A model generated the notes under the pieces. It did no database searches and had not been told where the DNA came from. It saw only the letters and a list, made by a program, of their open reading frames with translations. A stretch of 64,000 nt of DNA from Pecten maximus (lineage: Eukaryota). The translations under genes were made by a program, and so were the position numbers. The stretch spans positions 3,658,001 through 3,722,000 of the forward strand of contig NC_047029.1 of NCBI RefSeq assembly GCF_902652985.1. Reading direction: 5' to 3'. Below are positions 51,971 to 64,000 of this stretch, one piece after another (position 1 is the first letter of the stretch; each line of letters begins with the position of its first letter).

Positions 51971-52810
51971 GGCTTACCCTGCCGAAACATCTTCGTGCCC
52001 TCTTTAAAATGTTCTGTGTAGTCGTGTGATGGCTAACCCTGTCGAAACATCTTCTTGTCCTCTTTAAAATGTTCTGTGTAGTCGTGTGATGGCTTACCCT
52101 GTCGAAACATCTTCTTGTCCTCTTTAAAATGTTCTGTGTAGTGGTGTGATGGCTTACCCTGTCGAAACATCTTCTTGTCCTCTTTAAAATGTTCTGTGTA
52201 GTCGTGTGATGGCTTACCCTGTCGAAACATCTTCTTGTCCTCTTTAAAATGTTCTGTGTAGTCGTGTGATGGCTTACCCTGTCGAAACATCTTCTTGTCC
52301 TCTTTAAAATGTTCTGTGTAGTCGTGTGATGGCTTACCCTGTCGAAACATCTTCTTGTCCTCTTTAAAATGTTCTGTGTAGTGGTGTGATGGCTTACCCT
52401 GTCGAAACATCTTCTTGTCCTCTTTAAAATGTTCTGTGTAGTGGTGTGATGGCTTACCCTGTCGAAACATCTTCTTGTCCTCTTTAAAATGTTCTGTGTA
52501 GTGGTGTGATAACTTACCCTGCCGAAACATCTTATTGCCCTCTTTAAAATGTTCTGTGTAGTCGTGTGATAACTTACCCTGCCGAAACATCTTATTGCCC
52601 TCTTTAAAATGTTCTATGTAGTCGTGTGATAACTTACCCTGCCGAAACATCTTATTGCCCTCTTTAAAATGTTCTGTGTAGTCGTGTGATAACTTACCCT
52701 GTCGAAACATCTTATTGCCCTCTTTAAAATGTTTTGTGTAGTCGTGTGATAACTTACCCTGTCGAAACATCTTATTGCCCTCTTTAAAATGTTCTGTGTG
52801 GTCGTGTGAT
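51971..52810. repeat. 60-bp minisatellite, 14 copies
   Basis: Units stack exactly on the 60-nt lines; two variant blocks (GGCTTAC/CTTCTTGTCC versus AACTTAC/CTTATTGCCC). Confidence 0.95.
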
Positions 52811-53559
52811 ACTTTTAGACATAGTTTGTCGTCGCTGTTTTATCGAATATGTTTGCGGTTTACTATTTTTGTCGTTGATTCGATGTATGTTTTGTAAACA
52901 TTCCAGCTGTTAAAATAATTTGCAGATGAAAGAGACTTCGATTTATCGTAAGTATTTAAGATGAATTTTGAAAACGAATAAATATTAAAAAAAAAATACA
53001 CAAAAATAGTCATGTCATTTATCAAAATGTTATGTAGTTTCTTAAAGTATCGATAATTTGCGAACAGTTTCTTGATTTGTTTGACCGGATTTGACGTTAT
53101 ATATGCATACACTTTTTTGCTTTGTTTTTTACCTAGAAATTTAAATGGCGGCTGTGCATGATATTACACAAATATGGCATCACTGTGTTTGCTATTCAGA
53201 TTACCCTTAAAGATAACCCAAACTACTGTTACGTCCGTCTTATCGCTTTATACAATGCACATTGTACTAGTTCTCGAACTCAAGTTCGTCTGCTAAGTTC
53301 CGTCATTTAAATCGATCATAAATATTATCCACCACAGTCCCACGAACTTCATTACATAATGATTTTATACAGCTAATAATTTTATTGATTTGTTTGTATG
53401 TTTCTTGTTTAAACACCGACAATGGTGAAAAAGTATGGTATATTTTCCAGGTCTAAATGACATAGACTACGCTTCGAATCTAGCCTATGTTATTTAGTCA
53501 AAGACAGATTTGGTAGATATTGCGTACCGGTACCTGTAAACACACATATAAAATGACAC

Positions 53560-53720
53560 ACAAGTTAACAGTCTACGACAGTCTACCCTCGTTGGAAGGC
53601 AGCCATTCGTATCGTTATGTAGTAATTACCTGTCAGACAACACCCGTTTATTGTATACTGTACCCACTGGTACAGGCGACCAATAGGATCGACGAGCTGG
53701 CCAATTTACTTCCTGGTCCT
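53560..53720 (-). promoter_or_regulatory. Putative promoter/non-coding first exon of paralog C
   Basis: Minus-strand donor CAG|GTAATT near 53628, TACAGGCGACCAATAG and TTACTTCCTGG; homologous to blocks upstream of A and B. Confidence 0.5.
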
Positions 53721-54087
53721 GAAATAAGTAGAATCAATTACCACACATAACGGTAACATTCTCATACATTGTATGGCTATAGTACAGAGGACGGGGTGAG
53801 AGCCATTGTGTTGAGTTCCAAAGACAATAGGTTATATCATTGTTACCCTAATCAAAGGTACGTTACTTACTGAAGGTATATACCACAAGGAACCAGTAAT
53901 CACACCCTTACAAACCGAGGACCGTTACGTACTTTTCGAGGGGAGTTTGAACTTTAACACTATAGGAAGTCACAAATGCTGCAATGACAGAAGTGGCACC
54001 AGAACCGGGACATGGCACTGACCTCAAGGTAGGTGGTTTAGATGGATACTTTAGGGATTGTGTAGGTCTAATCGGTCTTTTGATTCA

Positions 54088-54850
54088 CCATGTTCAACCA
54101 CACGTTAGTCTGCTCAAACACATGGTAGTCTGTTCAATCACACGATAGTCTGCTCAACCACACGTTAGTCTACTCAATCACACGTTAGTCTACTCAACCA
54201 CACATTAGTCTACTCAACCACACAGTAGTATACAAAACCACACGTTAGTCTACAAAACCACACGTTAGTCTACTCAACCACACGTTAGTCTACTCGACAA
54301 CACGTTAGTCTACTCAACCACACAGTAGTCTACAAAACCACACGTTAGTCTACAAAACCACACGTTAGTCTACTCAACCACACGGTAGTCAGTTCAACCA
54401 CACGGTAGTCAGTTCAACCACATGGTAGTTTGTTGAACTACACAGCAGCCTATTCAACCACACGGTAGTCTGTTCAACCACACGGTAGTCTGCTCAACCC
54501 CACGTTAGTCTGTTCAACCACACAATAGTCTGCTCAACCTCACGACAGTCTACTCAACCCCACGTTAGTCTGTTCAACCACACAATAGTCTGCTCAACCT
54601 CACGACAGTCTACTTAACCACACGGAAGTCTGTTTGACCACACGGTAGTCTACTCAACCACACGGTAGTCTGCTTAACCACACGGTAGTCTGTTCAACCA
54701 CACGGTAGTCCGCTTATTCCACACGTTAGTCTGCTCAACCACATGGTAGTCTGTCCAAACACACGTAAGTATGTTCAACCACACGGCAGGCTGTTCAACC
54801 ACATGGCATTTTGTTCAATCACACGGTATCCAGTTCAAACACATGGTAGT
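54088..54850. repeat. 20-bp minisatellite (CAACCACACGTTAGTCTACT)
   Basis: Directly visible tandem units. Confidence 0.9.
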
Positions 54851-55120
54851 CCATTATTGTTGTCGATATTGAACTTTATAAGCCAATACAATAAACAGAT
54901 TGTACTCTTGAGATATAGGTTTTTAAGGCAAATATGTACAACCATTGTTCATATAGAATTGTGGTCTAATTTATGGCAGTTAAGGATACAATAATGACGG
55001 TACTGTATTGTGCATTGTTTCTTATACTTTGTGTCGTTTGCTTTGTGAAAAATTCATGTCTACCGTACAAATGAAGAGAGAATTCAAACTCATTATGGAC
55101 AGAGGGGAAAATAACAAACA

Positions 55121-55155
<35 letters not shown>

Positions 55156-56299
55156 ACAAACAAAGATGTGTCATATACTACGTAATAAATACCATATCCA
55201 AATCAATAATTAAGTAATATAGGAAAAACAAGCAAAGAAATGTATACATGTTGTAATGGCTTGTATGATACAATGAGGTAGAGAGATCAGTCTAAAATAT
55301 TTCCTTCTGAATATAAAATGTCACTTCTGGAGTGGATGTAAAATAGTGAGGGTTGTTTAAAACAATGCTGCATGTGGACACCTCAGAGTACATACATTGT
55401 ATGGTTCACAGTTCATTTGTTTGGTGAATGCGACAGAACAATAATACTATACAATGGCATGTTTCAATGTATAATAATACAACGTATGGATCAAACGATA
55501 ATTATTATGTTTATACATATCCTCGTTGGGAGGGGTTGGGATGGGGGGGGGGGGGGGGATTTATATATCGATAGATCTAAAACAAAGTCCATTGGTGTTG
55601 TAGAAGACGTGACTGCATACATCAGAAATTATCAATATTCCTACAATAACAATAAATACGCCTTGAATCTTGTTTGCATTATAAACCTTACCGGTGTTGT
55701 CCTATAGTAGTGCCAGGTTCGATATCACATATATAGATATATACAGATATAAATGTGCTGCGTAACTCAGGCATGGCATAAGTTAACGGTAACAAAGGAG
55801 TTGATAATCTAGACATTTATAAAAATGTTATTTAACAAAGCCGTCATGATAAGGTTATTTTGCTATGAGATATCGTATCTGCTTATAATGACAGCCTGTA
55901 TCGAGAGGTCACCAGCGCAGCAGTGCATTCATTACCACTAGACATAACAGTTCCTTTATCGGCCTAACGGGCGTAACAGGTACAACCCGACGAGGAATGC
56001 ATACATACTAACAATATACTCGAGGATATTATATAAATTGTAAGGTGTTCAATGGTTGTAAACCTGTCTAATTTTTCTGATTAGAATGTGGGTTTATTTT
56101 TTAAATTGTTAAATAACCTTGACTTGGTCTGGCTTCAAACGACTGGTCTACATGTTTAACAGTACAGAACGTATGGAGGCATATAGTGGCCATCACATAA
56201 ATATTATATCTCGAAAAAATACTACATTTATTTATCTAGACTTATAAAACATGTATTCTGTAAGTATATTATTGCACATAAACTACATGTGTAACACAT

Positions 56300-57950
56300 T
56301 AATTATATATAAAGATATTATAACATATTAAATATACATAAATATGTTACAATTATACATATAACATATTAATTATACCTAAATATATAACAATTATACA
56401 TATAACATATTAATTATACCTAAATATATAACAATTACATATATAACATATTAATTATACCTAAATATATAACAATTACACATATAACATATTAATTATA
56501 CCTAAATATATAACAATTACACATATAACATATTAATTATACCTAAATATATAACAATTATACATATAACATATCAATTATACCTAAATATATAACAATT
56601 ACACATATAACATATTAATTATACCTAAATATATAACAATTACACATATAACATATTAAATATACATAAATATGTAACAATTATACATATAACATATCAA
56701 TTATACCTAAATATATAACAATTACACATATAACATATTAATTATACCTAAATATATAACAATTACACATATAACATATTAATTATACCTAAATATATAA
56801 CAATTACACATATAACATATTAAATATACATAAATATATAACAATTACACATATAACATATTAATTATACCTAAATATATAACAATTACACATATAACAT
56901 ATTAATTATACCTAAATATATAACAATTACACATATAACTTATTAATTATACCTAAATATATAACAATTACACATATAACATATTAAATATACATAAATA
57001 TATAACAATTATACATATAACATATTAAATATATATAAATATATAACAATTACACATATAACATATTAATTATACCTAAATATATAACAATTACACATAT
57101 AACATATTAATTATACCTAAATATATAACAATTACACATATAACATATTAATTATACCTAAATATATAACAATTACATATATAACATATTAAATATACAT
57201 AAATATGTAACAATTATACATGTACATATAACATATTAATTATACCTAAATATATAACAATTACACATATAACATATTAATTATACCTAAATATATAACA
57301 ATTACACATATAACATATTAATTATACCTAAATATATAACAATTACACATATAACATATTAATTATACCTAAATATATAACAATTACACATATAACATAT
57401 AATTATACCGAAATATAACAAATACAATAGAACATATAAGTATACCTAATATATAACAATACACAATAACATATTAATTATACCTAATATAAACAATTAC
57501 ATAGAGAACTAGAATGTATACCTAAATATATAACAATTACACATATAACATATTAAGTATACCTAAATATATAACAATTACATATATAACATATTAATTA
57601 TACCTAAATATATAACAATTACATATATAACATATTAATTATACCTAAATATATAACAATTACATATATAACATATCAATTATACCTAAATATATAACAA
57701 TTACATATATAACATATTAATTATACCTAAATATATAACAATTACACATATAACATATTAAGTATACATAAATATATAACAATTACATATATAACATATT
57801 AAGTATACCTAAATATATAACAATTACATATATAACACATTAATCATATATAAAGATATAACAATTACATATATAACATAATAATTATATAGAAAGATAT
57901 AACAATTACAAATGCAATACATTAATTATATATAAAGATATTACAATTAT
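56300..57950. repeat. 41-bp AT-rich minisatellite
   Basis: Unit ATATAACATATTAATTATACCTAAATATATAACAATTACAC. Confidence 0.95.
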
Positions 57951-60166
57951 CAATTATATTGAACAGCATGACATTTAACATGTTTAACATGTTATAAAAC
58001 AATATTTACACCTAAAGACATACAATGTCACTGATGTTATATCATTGCACATTGCCTCATAAAACTACTGAACAACATTACATATATGTCCTTAATAGTA
58101 CAGGTATACAATACATTACCAGTGTGTATACACAAGCACAGGTAATACCTGTATACTGCACATTATAACATTGAACCCTTTTGCATTAAATTGCATGTCA
58201 CAAGTTTCTTTCAATAAATGTTGATGTTTACCTAGCGAACCCTACTGGTAATTTACGATCAATGAATGCTCTCGTAATAAGCGTTTTATTGTTGTAAATG
58301 CGTCATTTATAAAACTAGGCCGGTTTATCCTTGATATAAACTGGCTTTTGCGAAGAAATTCGTTTTAGTATTATCGATAACTACAGGAAGGTTTTTATTA
58401 AGTTCGAAGTCCACTTTAACACATATTAGGGTATCAAGTTCACAAATAGCACACCTTTGATCAACAACACGTCAAAGGCTGAATACTTTCCGTTACTTGA
58501 GTTTGTGTAAATAATTTCCAAATGCAGATTTTTAATAAACAACGCAGGTATGGTTTGTAATGTGGTTTTTGTGATATAAGCATTTAAAATAATTCTTTTT
58601 GCTCAAATCTTTGGATTTTGAAATGGAAAGAACAGCAGATATCTTCCATTTATGAAGTATTTTCTGTTTTGTTTGTTGTTTCTTATTTTAAAGCAAGTTC
58701 TTTTTCTTCAGAATTTATATGTATATTATAAGTATACATGGATATACATATGTATATATTGATGTTCGTATGGATATTCATATTATAATTCAAACGTGGT
58801 AGAAGCCGCCGTGTTGAAGAGCCCTAGGTTAGACCTCCCAGACATCCGTAAGCATATAACTGGTAGGGTTTCACAATGGGTATGGAATGCGAATGGTAAC
58901 ATAAATATGTGTCTCGTTATTCACACATCCGGCTTCGATGTAAACATATAATCGTTTTGGCCTTACCGACTAAATTTACATTTCCACATCAGTAAACTTT
59001 ATACTGGAACGTAGGGGTACATTGTTCAAAGTGAGTGAGCTCGGATCGGCCCGGTCCCGATTCGGCACACACACATTATTCTAATTCTTACATTTTGTAA
59101 ATTTATTTTTGTTAATTAAGTATCAAATGAAAAAACATGTGAACTGAAGCTGTATTTTTTATAATTTCTCACAGAAATACTTGTTTTCTGTTGTTGTTTA
59201 CTGGTGCGTAAACTACATATTTACAGATATTTCAAATTACGTTGACGAGTGTAATTTAAAATATGTTTTTAAAAAATTCAGTTTACACACCATTTCATTT
59301 CTTAAATTACAAACATAATACCAAATTTAAGAGGAAAGAGAAAAAGAACAAGAAATAAACGTGTTTGAAATACAAACGTCTTAGGGTTTTTCTATAATTT
59401 ACTCCATATTTGTATGAGTTAAGGGACAAGTAATACTGCATCCTAAAACCTATGCCAGAAAAATAAATATAAATACAAAGTTATAAAGCTACACGTGTCG
59501 AGACACGTGTCTGACACGGAAATATTTTCCAATAAAATAAGATAAAGATATAACATTTGTTTACCATGTAAAATCGCTGTCAACACTTGATGTATTTTGA
59601 AATAAATCCAAATGCATTGCTTTAACGGTAGGTGAATTATCCAATCGATTATTTTATGATAATAGCTATACGGACAACATTTTGACATAAATTGTAACGG
59701 ATAACTTAGCAGGTGCTTTTCATCTCCAACATATAAGTATTTGCATTTTAAATATATATATATATTATTACTGTTATGTCCTTAATAGTCTCTCAACAGA
59801 AAATAAATCGTCAGAACTAGATATAATGGAGAAGGGTAGGAAGGTTTTCTCATGTAGATTTCATTAATCTAAAACAAGTTTTCCGTTACCAAAATGTTTT
59901 CAGTTAATTTGAAATTTTAAAGAAGGATCAGTGATCGACGTCCTCATGGCAGAAATCATGGCATTTCAATGATCACGTGATCGAATCATGGTATTTACTG
60001 TCTAAAATTGTTTGGATGGTTTAAATAAAGGAAATGTCCTGCAAATGCAAACATACATAAATAATAGTTAGATATAAAATTATTTACACAAGTATTCTTT
60101 CCAAATCATTTTCTGTTTTCATGCAAATATCCCTTATTTACAAGTGCAATTTAATTATTTTTTCAG

Positions 60167-63100
60167 GTTCCGTTGCTGTTTGCAGTACGTGATAATAAAC
60201 CGAAGGAGGCGATCAGATTGTTAAAGGAAGGTGCCGAGGTTGACTACAAGGACCAGGTATTGATATGTATATAACACTTTACCTATTTACCACAATAGTC
60301 TATGGAGGAACAGCCGTATATACCCAGAAATAAAAAAAAAAACTATCATTGGTTATTGGGAGGGGAGCTTTCACCTTGAAAGGTCAAGTCAGCATTGGTA
60401 TGTTTTAGGATAAATGAAGGGGAAACCTTAAGATTTCACCTTGAAAGGTCAAGTGAGCATTGATATATTTTAGGATATATGAAGAGGAACCTTAATATTT
60501 CACTTTAAAAGGTCAAGTGAGCATTGATATATTTAGTATATATGGAGGAGAAACCTTAAGATTTCACCTTGAAAGGTCAAGTGAGCATTGATATATTTAG
60601 TATATATGGAGGAGAAACCTTAAGATTTCACCTTGAAAGGTCAAGTGAGCATTGATATATTTTAGGATATATGAAGAGGAACCTTAATATTTCACATTGA
60701 AAGGTCAAGTGAGCATTGATATATTTATTATATATGGAGGGGAAACCTAAAGAGTGTACCTTGAAAAGTCAAGTGAACATTGGCATATTTGGAGGATAAC
60801 AAGTTACGGTTTACAAGGAAATGTAACAGGCAGTGGCCAAAGTTAACAAATGGGGTTTATATTTCACCTCGTCAGGTTAAGTGTCGATTGACATATCTTA
60901 GAGTATATGAAGATGAAGGCTTAGATTTAACCGCGTAAAGTCAAATGTCCATTGACATATTTTAGATAATGTGGAGGGGAAAACTTAGACGTTACCTCGA
61001 AAGGCCATGTGAACACTGATTGCTAAGTTTATATAAAAGGTAAAACGATCATCGGAATATTTATTAATTTCATAGCGGGGAAGAATCAGATTTCATTTGG
61101 ACAGATTGGGTGACTGTTTGTAGTTGGAGTATTGACGTCATTCTGCCAATCATTACTCAATTGAATAATTATAAAGGTGTAGTTTGTATAAGGGTAATTT
61201 GCAAATTTAAACTGCTTGCATTATATTGGCGTCGGGTTTTAATTTTCAAGGATTCCGTAATCTTATACAATATGTTTTTTATACTACATATGTCTTTATA
61301 TACTATTCTCCTACTTGGTTTGTGACATATATCCGGTAGTCTCTAAATGCATGATTAATCAGTTAGACTCGGTGATATATATTGCTAATTAAAAGGATTA
61401 AACAACATTTGATCATTTTAAAAACACAAACTGATAGATTGAGCCATCAAGATACAAGAAAATGATATATCCGAAATATTCCAAAGGCCTACCTAATCGT
61501 CCGCCAAAGGCCTACCTAATCATAGGTCAAGGGCCTACTTAATCATAGGTCAAAGGCCTACCTAATCATCCACCAAAGGCCTATCTAATCATCTACCAAA
61601 GGTCTACCTAATCATCCACCAAAGGCGTACCTAATCATCCGTCAAAGGCCTACCTAATCATCTGTCAAAGGCCTACCTAATCATCCACCAAAGGCCTACC
61701 TAATCATCCGTCAAAGGCCTACCTAATCATCTGTCAAAGGCCTACCTAATCATCCACCAAAGGCCTACCTAATCATCCGTCAAAGGTCTACCTAAGCATC
61801 CACCAAAGGCCTACCTAATCACCCCCTACCTAATCATACGTCAAAGGCGTTCCTAATCATCTACCAAAGGTCTACCTAATCATCTACCAAAGGTCTACCT
61901 AATCATCAACCAAAGGCCTACCTAATCATCCGTCAAAGGCCTACCTAATCATCCACCAAAGGCCTACCTAATCATTTGTCAAAGGCCTACCTAATCATCC
62001 ACCAAAGGCCTATCTAATCATCCGTCAAAGGCCTACCTAATCATCCACCAAAGGCCTACCTAATTATCCGCCAAAGGCCTACCTAATCATCCCCTACCTT
62101 ATCATCCGTCAAAGGCCTACCTAGTTATCCGCCAAAGGCCTCCCTAATCATCCGCCAAAAGCCTACCTAATCATCCCCTACCTAGTTATCCGTGAAAGGC
62201 CTACCTAATCGTCCGCCAAAGGCCTACCTAATCGTCCGTGAAAGGCCTACCTAATCGTTCGCCAAAGGTCTACCTAATCGTCCGCCAAAGGCCTACCTAA
62301 TTATCCGCCAAAGGCCTACCTAATCATCCCCTACCTAATTATCCACCAAAGGCCTAACTAATCATGCGACCAAAGGCCTACCTAATCATCCGCCATGCCT
62401 TCTGTTCTGGTTAATTCGAATTAACGGAATCACGAAATTATGTGTGAATGTCTTCCGATATTAAAAAGAAAGTGATCATTGCTGTACGATATCGCAATAA
62501 AACTTCATTCTAACCCTTCCAAGTAATGGATGACGATGTATGCTATACATCTTCATGTTGCTTATACTCCTCTATTACCTCAGCTTCATATTGTCATTCC
62601 GTAATTTGGTTTTACACAAAATGGAGATCGAGTTGTCCCAGGTCAATATACAAAGTATAGTTTTCGATGGATGGCATAATACCCGAGCCGGAGGGCACTA
62701 TGATCTGATAGTACTGTCGAGGGATGGCATATTACCCGAGCCGGAGGGCACTATGATCTGATAGTACTGTCGAGGGATGGCATAGTACCCGAGCCGCAGG
62801 GCACTATGATCTGATAGTTCTGTCGGGGGATGGCATAGTACCCGAGCCGGAGGGCACTATGATCTGATAATATACAGTTTTCAAATGGGTAGGAGGGCGA
62901 TAGTAATTTTGTCAGCCCCGAATTACCCCATTTGATAACTGTTTTATTATACCTTTACTTTTTTTCTTTTTTTTAATATATATATATAAGTAGTTATTCG
63001 CTACCCCGAGGGATGGCATAGTACCCGAGCCGGAGGGCACTATGGTTTGATAGTGTTGCAGAGGCGTGGCATAGTACCCGAGCCAAAGTCTCAAATCAAT

Positions 63101-63808
63101 TCTGTTGTATACACATTACTGATTTACCTTGCATTTACTGCGTTTTTAAATATTTCGAAATTTACCACTGAATCACAAATCGATGAAAGTATAATATTAA
63201 CTATATGACGTAATCGCTTTTGATAAAATAACATGTGTGATTACTCCGCTATTATCTGCTGTTGATTGCTATTGTTGTTGTTTTTATTGTTTTTAGACCG
63301 GATGTTTCCCCTTACACTACGCCGCTCAGAAAGGTTATATCGATGTTGTTGATCTTTTGCTGGAAAAGGGTGCCGAGACATTCGCATGGGATAAGGTAAG
63401 TAACATGTGCTAATGCAGTAAAATGAAACGTCAGTCCAACCTTTAGTCAAGTTACATATTCACAATTTAGATATAAGTAATTATTTAACTATTTATAGTT
63501 ACTTCCCATTAAGTAATTGGAGCCAGTAATAACAGTTGTACAATTCGAGTACAAAAGCGTTTGTGACAAGCAAAAACAGCACAAACTTGCGAAACGCCAA
63601 ATATAGGAAACGGAAAAATCACTATAATCACGTATGAAATATAGCTATCAACATTATTTCTTTTATAATATCATAATGCTGTGATTCATTTCCAAATTCC
63701 TTGTTTCAGAATGGCCAAACAGCGTTACACAAAGCTGCTATGCAAGGGCACGTGAACGCTATAATATCCCTGGTCGCCAGAGGAGCCAGGGTTGATATAA
63801 TTGATCGG
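60167..63808 (+). CDS. Paralog D: ankyrin-repeat exons of a fourth, divergently oriented family member (continues beyond window)
   Basis: Exons 60167-60256 (VPLLFAVRDNKPKEAIRLLKEGAEVDYKDQ), 63297-63395 (TGCFPLHYAAQKGYIDVVDLLLEKGAETFAWDK) and 63710-63808 (NGQTALHKAAMQGHVNAIISLVARGARVDIIDR). Same 90/99/99-bp phase-0 pattern as A-C. A possible start exon at 59826-59843 (MEKGRK|gt) is weakly supported. Confidence 0.8.
60369..61020. repeat. ~64-bp minisatellite (TTTCACCTTGAAAGGTCAAGTGAGCATTGATATA...)
   Basis: Tandem units, degenerating at the 3' end; intronic in D. Confidence 0.85.
61484..62395. repeat. 23-bp minisatellite (AAAGGCCTACCTAATCATCCACC)
   Basis: Directly visible tandem units. Confidence 0.95.
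62665..63085. repeat. 53-bp minisatellite in two blocks (GGATGGCATAGTACCCGAGCCGGAGGGCACTATGATCTGATAG...)
   Basis: ACCCGAGCC recurs at 62681, 62734, 62787 and 62840, and again near 63023. Confidence 0.85.
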
Positions 63809-64000
63809 GTGAGTAACTAGGGAGTTAAGTTGTTTGAAAACTGATAAGAAAGATAATGTGTCAATGTGTTCATCATCGTATGCAATAATGCACAGACATG
63901 CCTGGGTTGGTCAGTTTGGCTGGTTATATTAATCGTGTCTCGTGTTTGCATAAAAAGGTGTTGTTTTTTGCTTTTTTTTTTATTTTTATCAAACGTGTGC

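Noticed and set aside
52033-52770. 245-aa repetitive ORF as a protein-coding gene
   Set aside because: It is a by-product of a 60-bp minisatellite lacking stops in one frame; there is no unique sequence.
57400-57520. Degenerate patch inside the 41-bp array
   Set aside because: Scattered 1-nt deletions look like low-quality consensus sequence rather than biology.

Overview
AT-rich, intron-rich eukaryotic DNA, probably a bivalve mollusc (inferred from the SINE types and repeat landscape, not proven). The ORF track fragments the main feature: a cluster of four paralogous multi-exon genes that I assembled by hand from GT-AG junctions and paralog comparison. Three are in tandem on the minus strand: A (7593 to <1, cut by the window edge), B (23022-11387, frameshifted) and C (51276-27166, 12 coding exons, 739 aa, intact). 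The fourth, D (60167 to >63808), is divergent on the plus strand. The predicted architecture is about 4 ankyrin repeats - ZU5 - ZU5 - [HFS/HFC] - UPA - Death domain. That is a miniature ankyrin carrying a PIDD-type autoproteolysis motif at the ZU5/UPA boundary, and it is the best candidate for an undescribed signalling or immune system here. Intron 2 of C holds a 44-bp minisatellite interrupted by a young, full-length Gmr1-like Ty3/Gypsy element (gag-PR-IN-RT-RH order, about 99% identical 1.3-kb LTRs, CACAT TSD, tRNA-Leu PBS, one frameshift in RT). Also present are V-SINE-like and Meta-SINE-like insertions, an internally deleted LINE with a degenerate 2A-like motif, a Penelope-like RT remnant, a promoter block shared by the paralogs, and many minisatellites. 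All domain calls rest on motif recognition by eye; no HMM searches were run.
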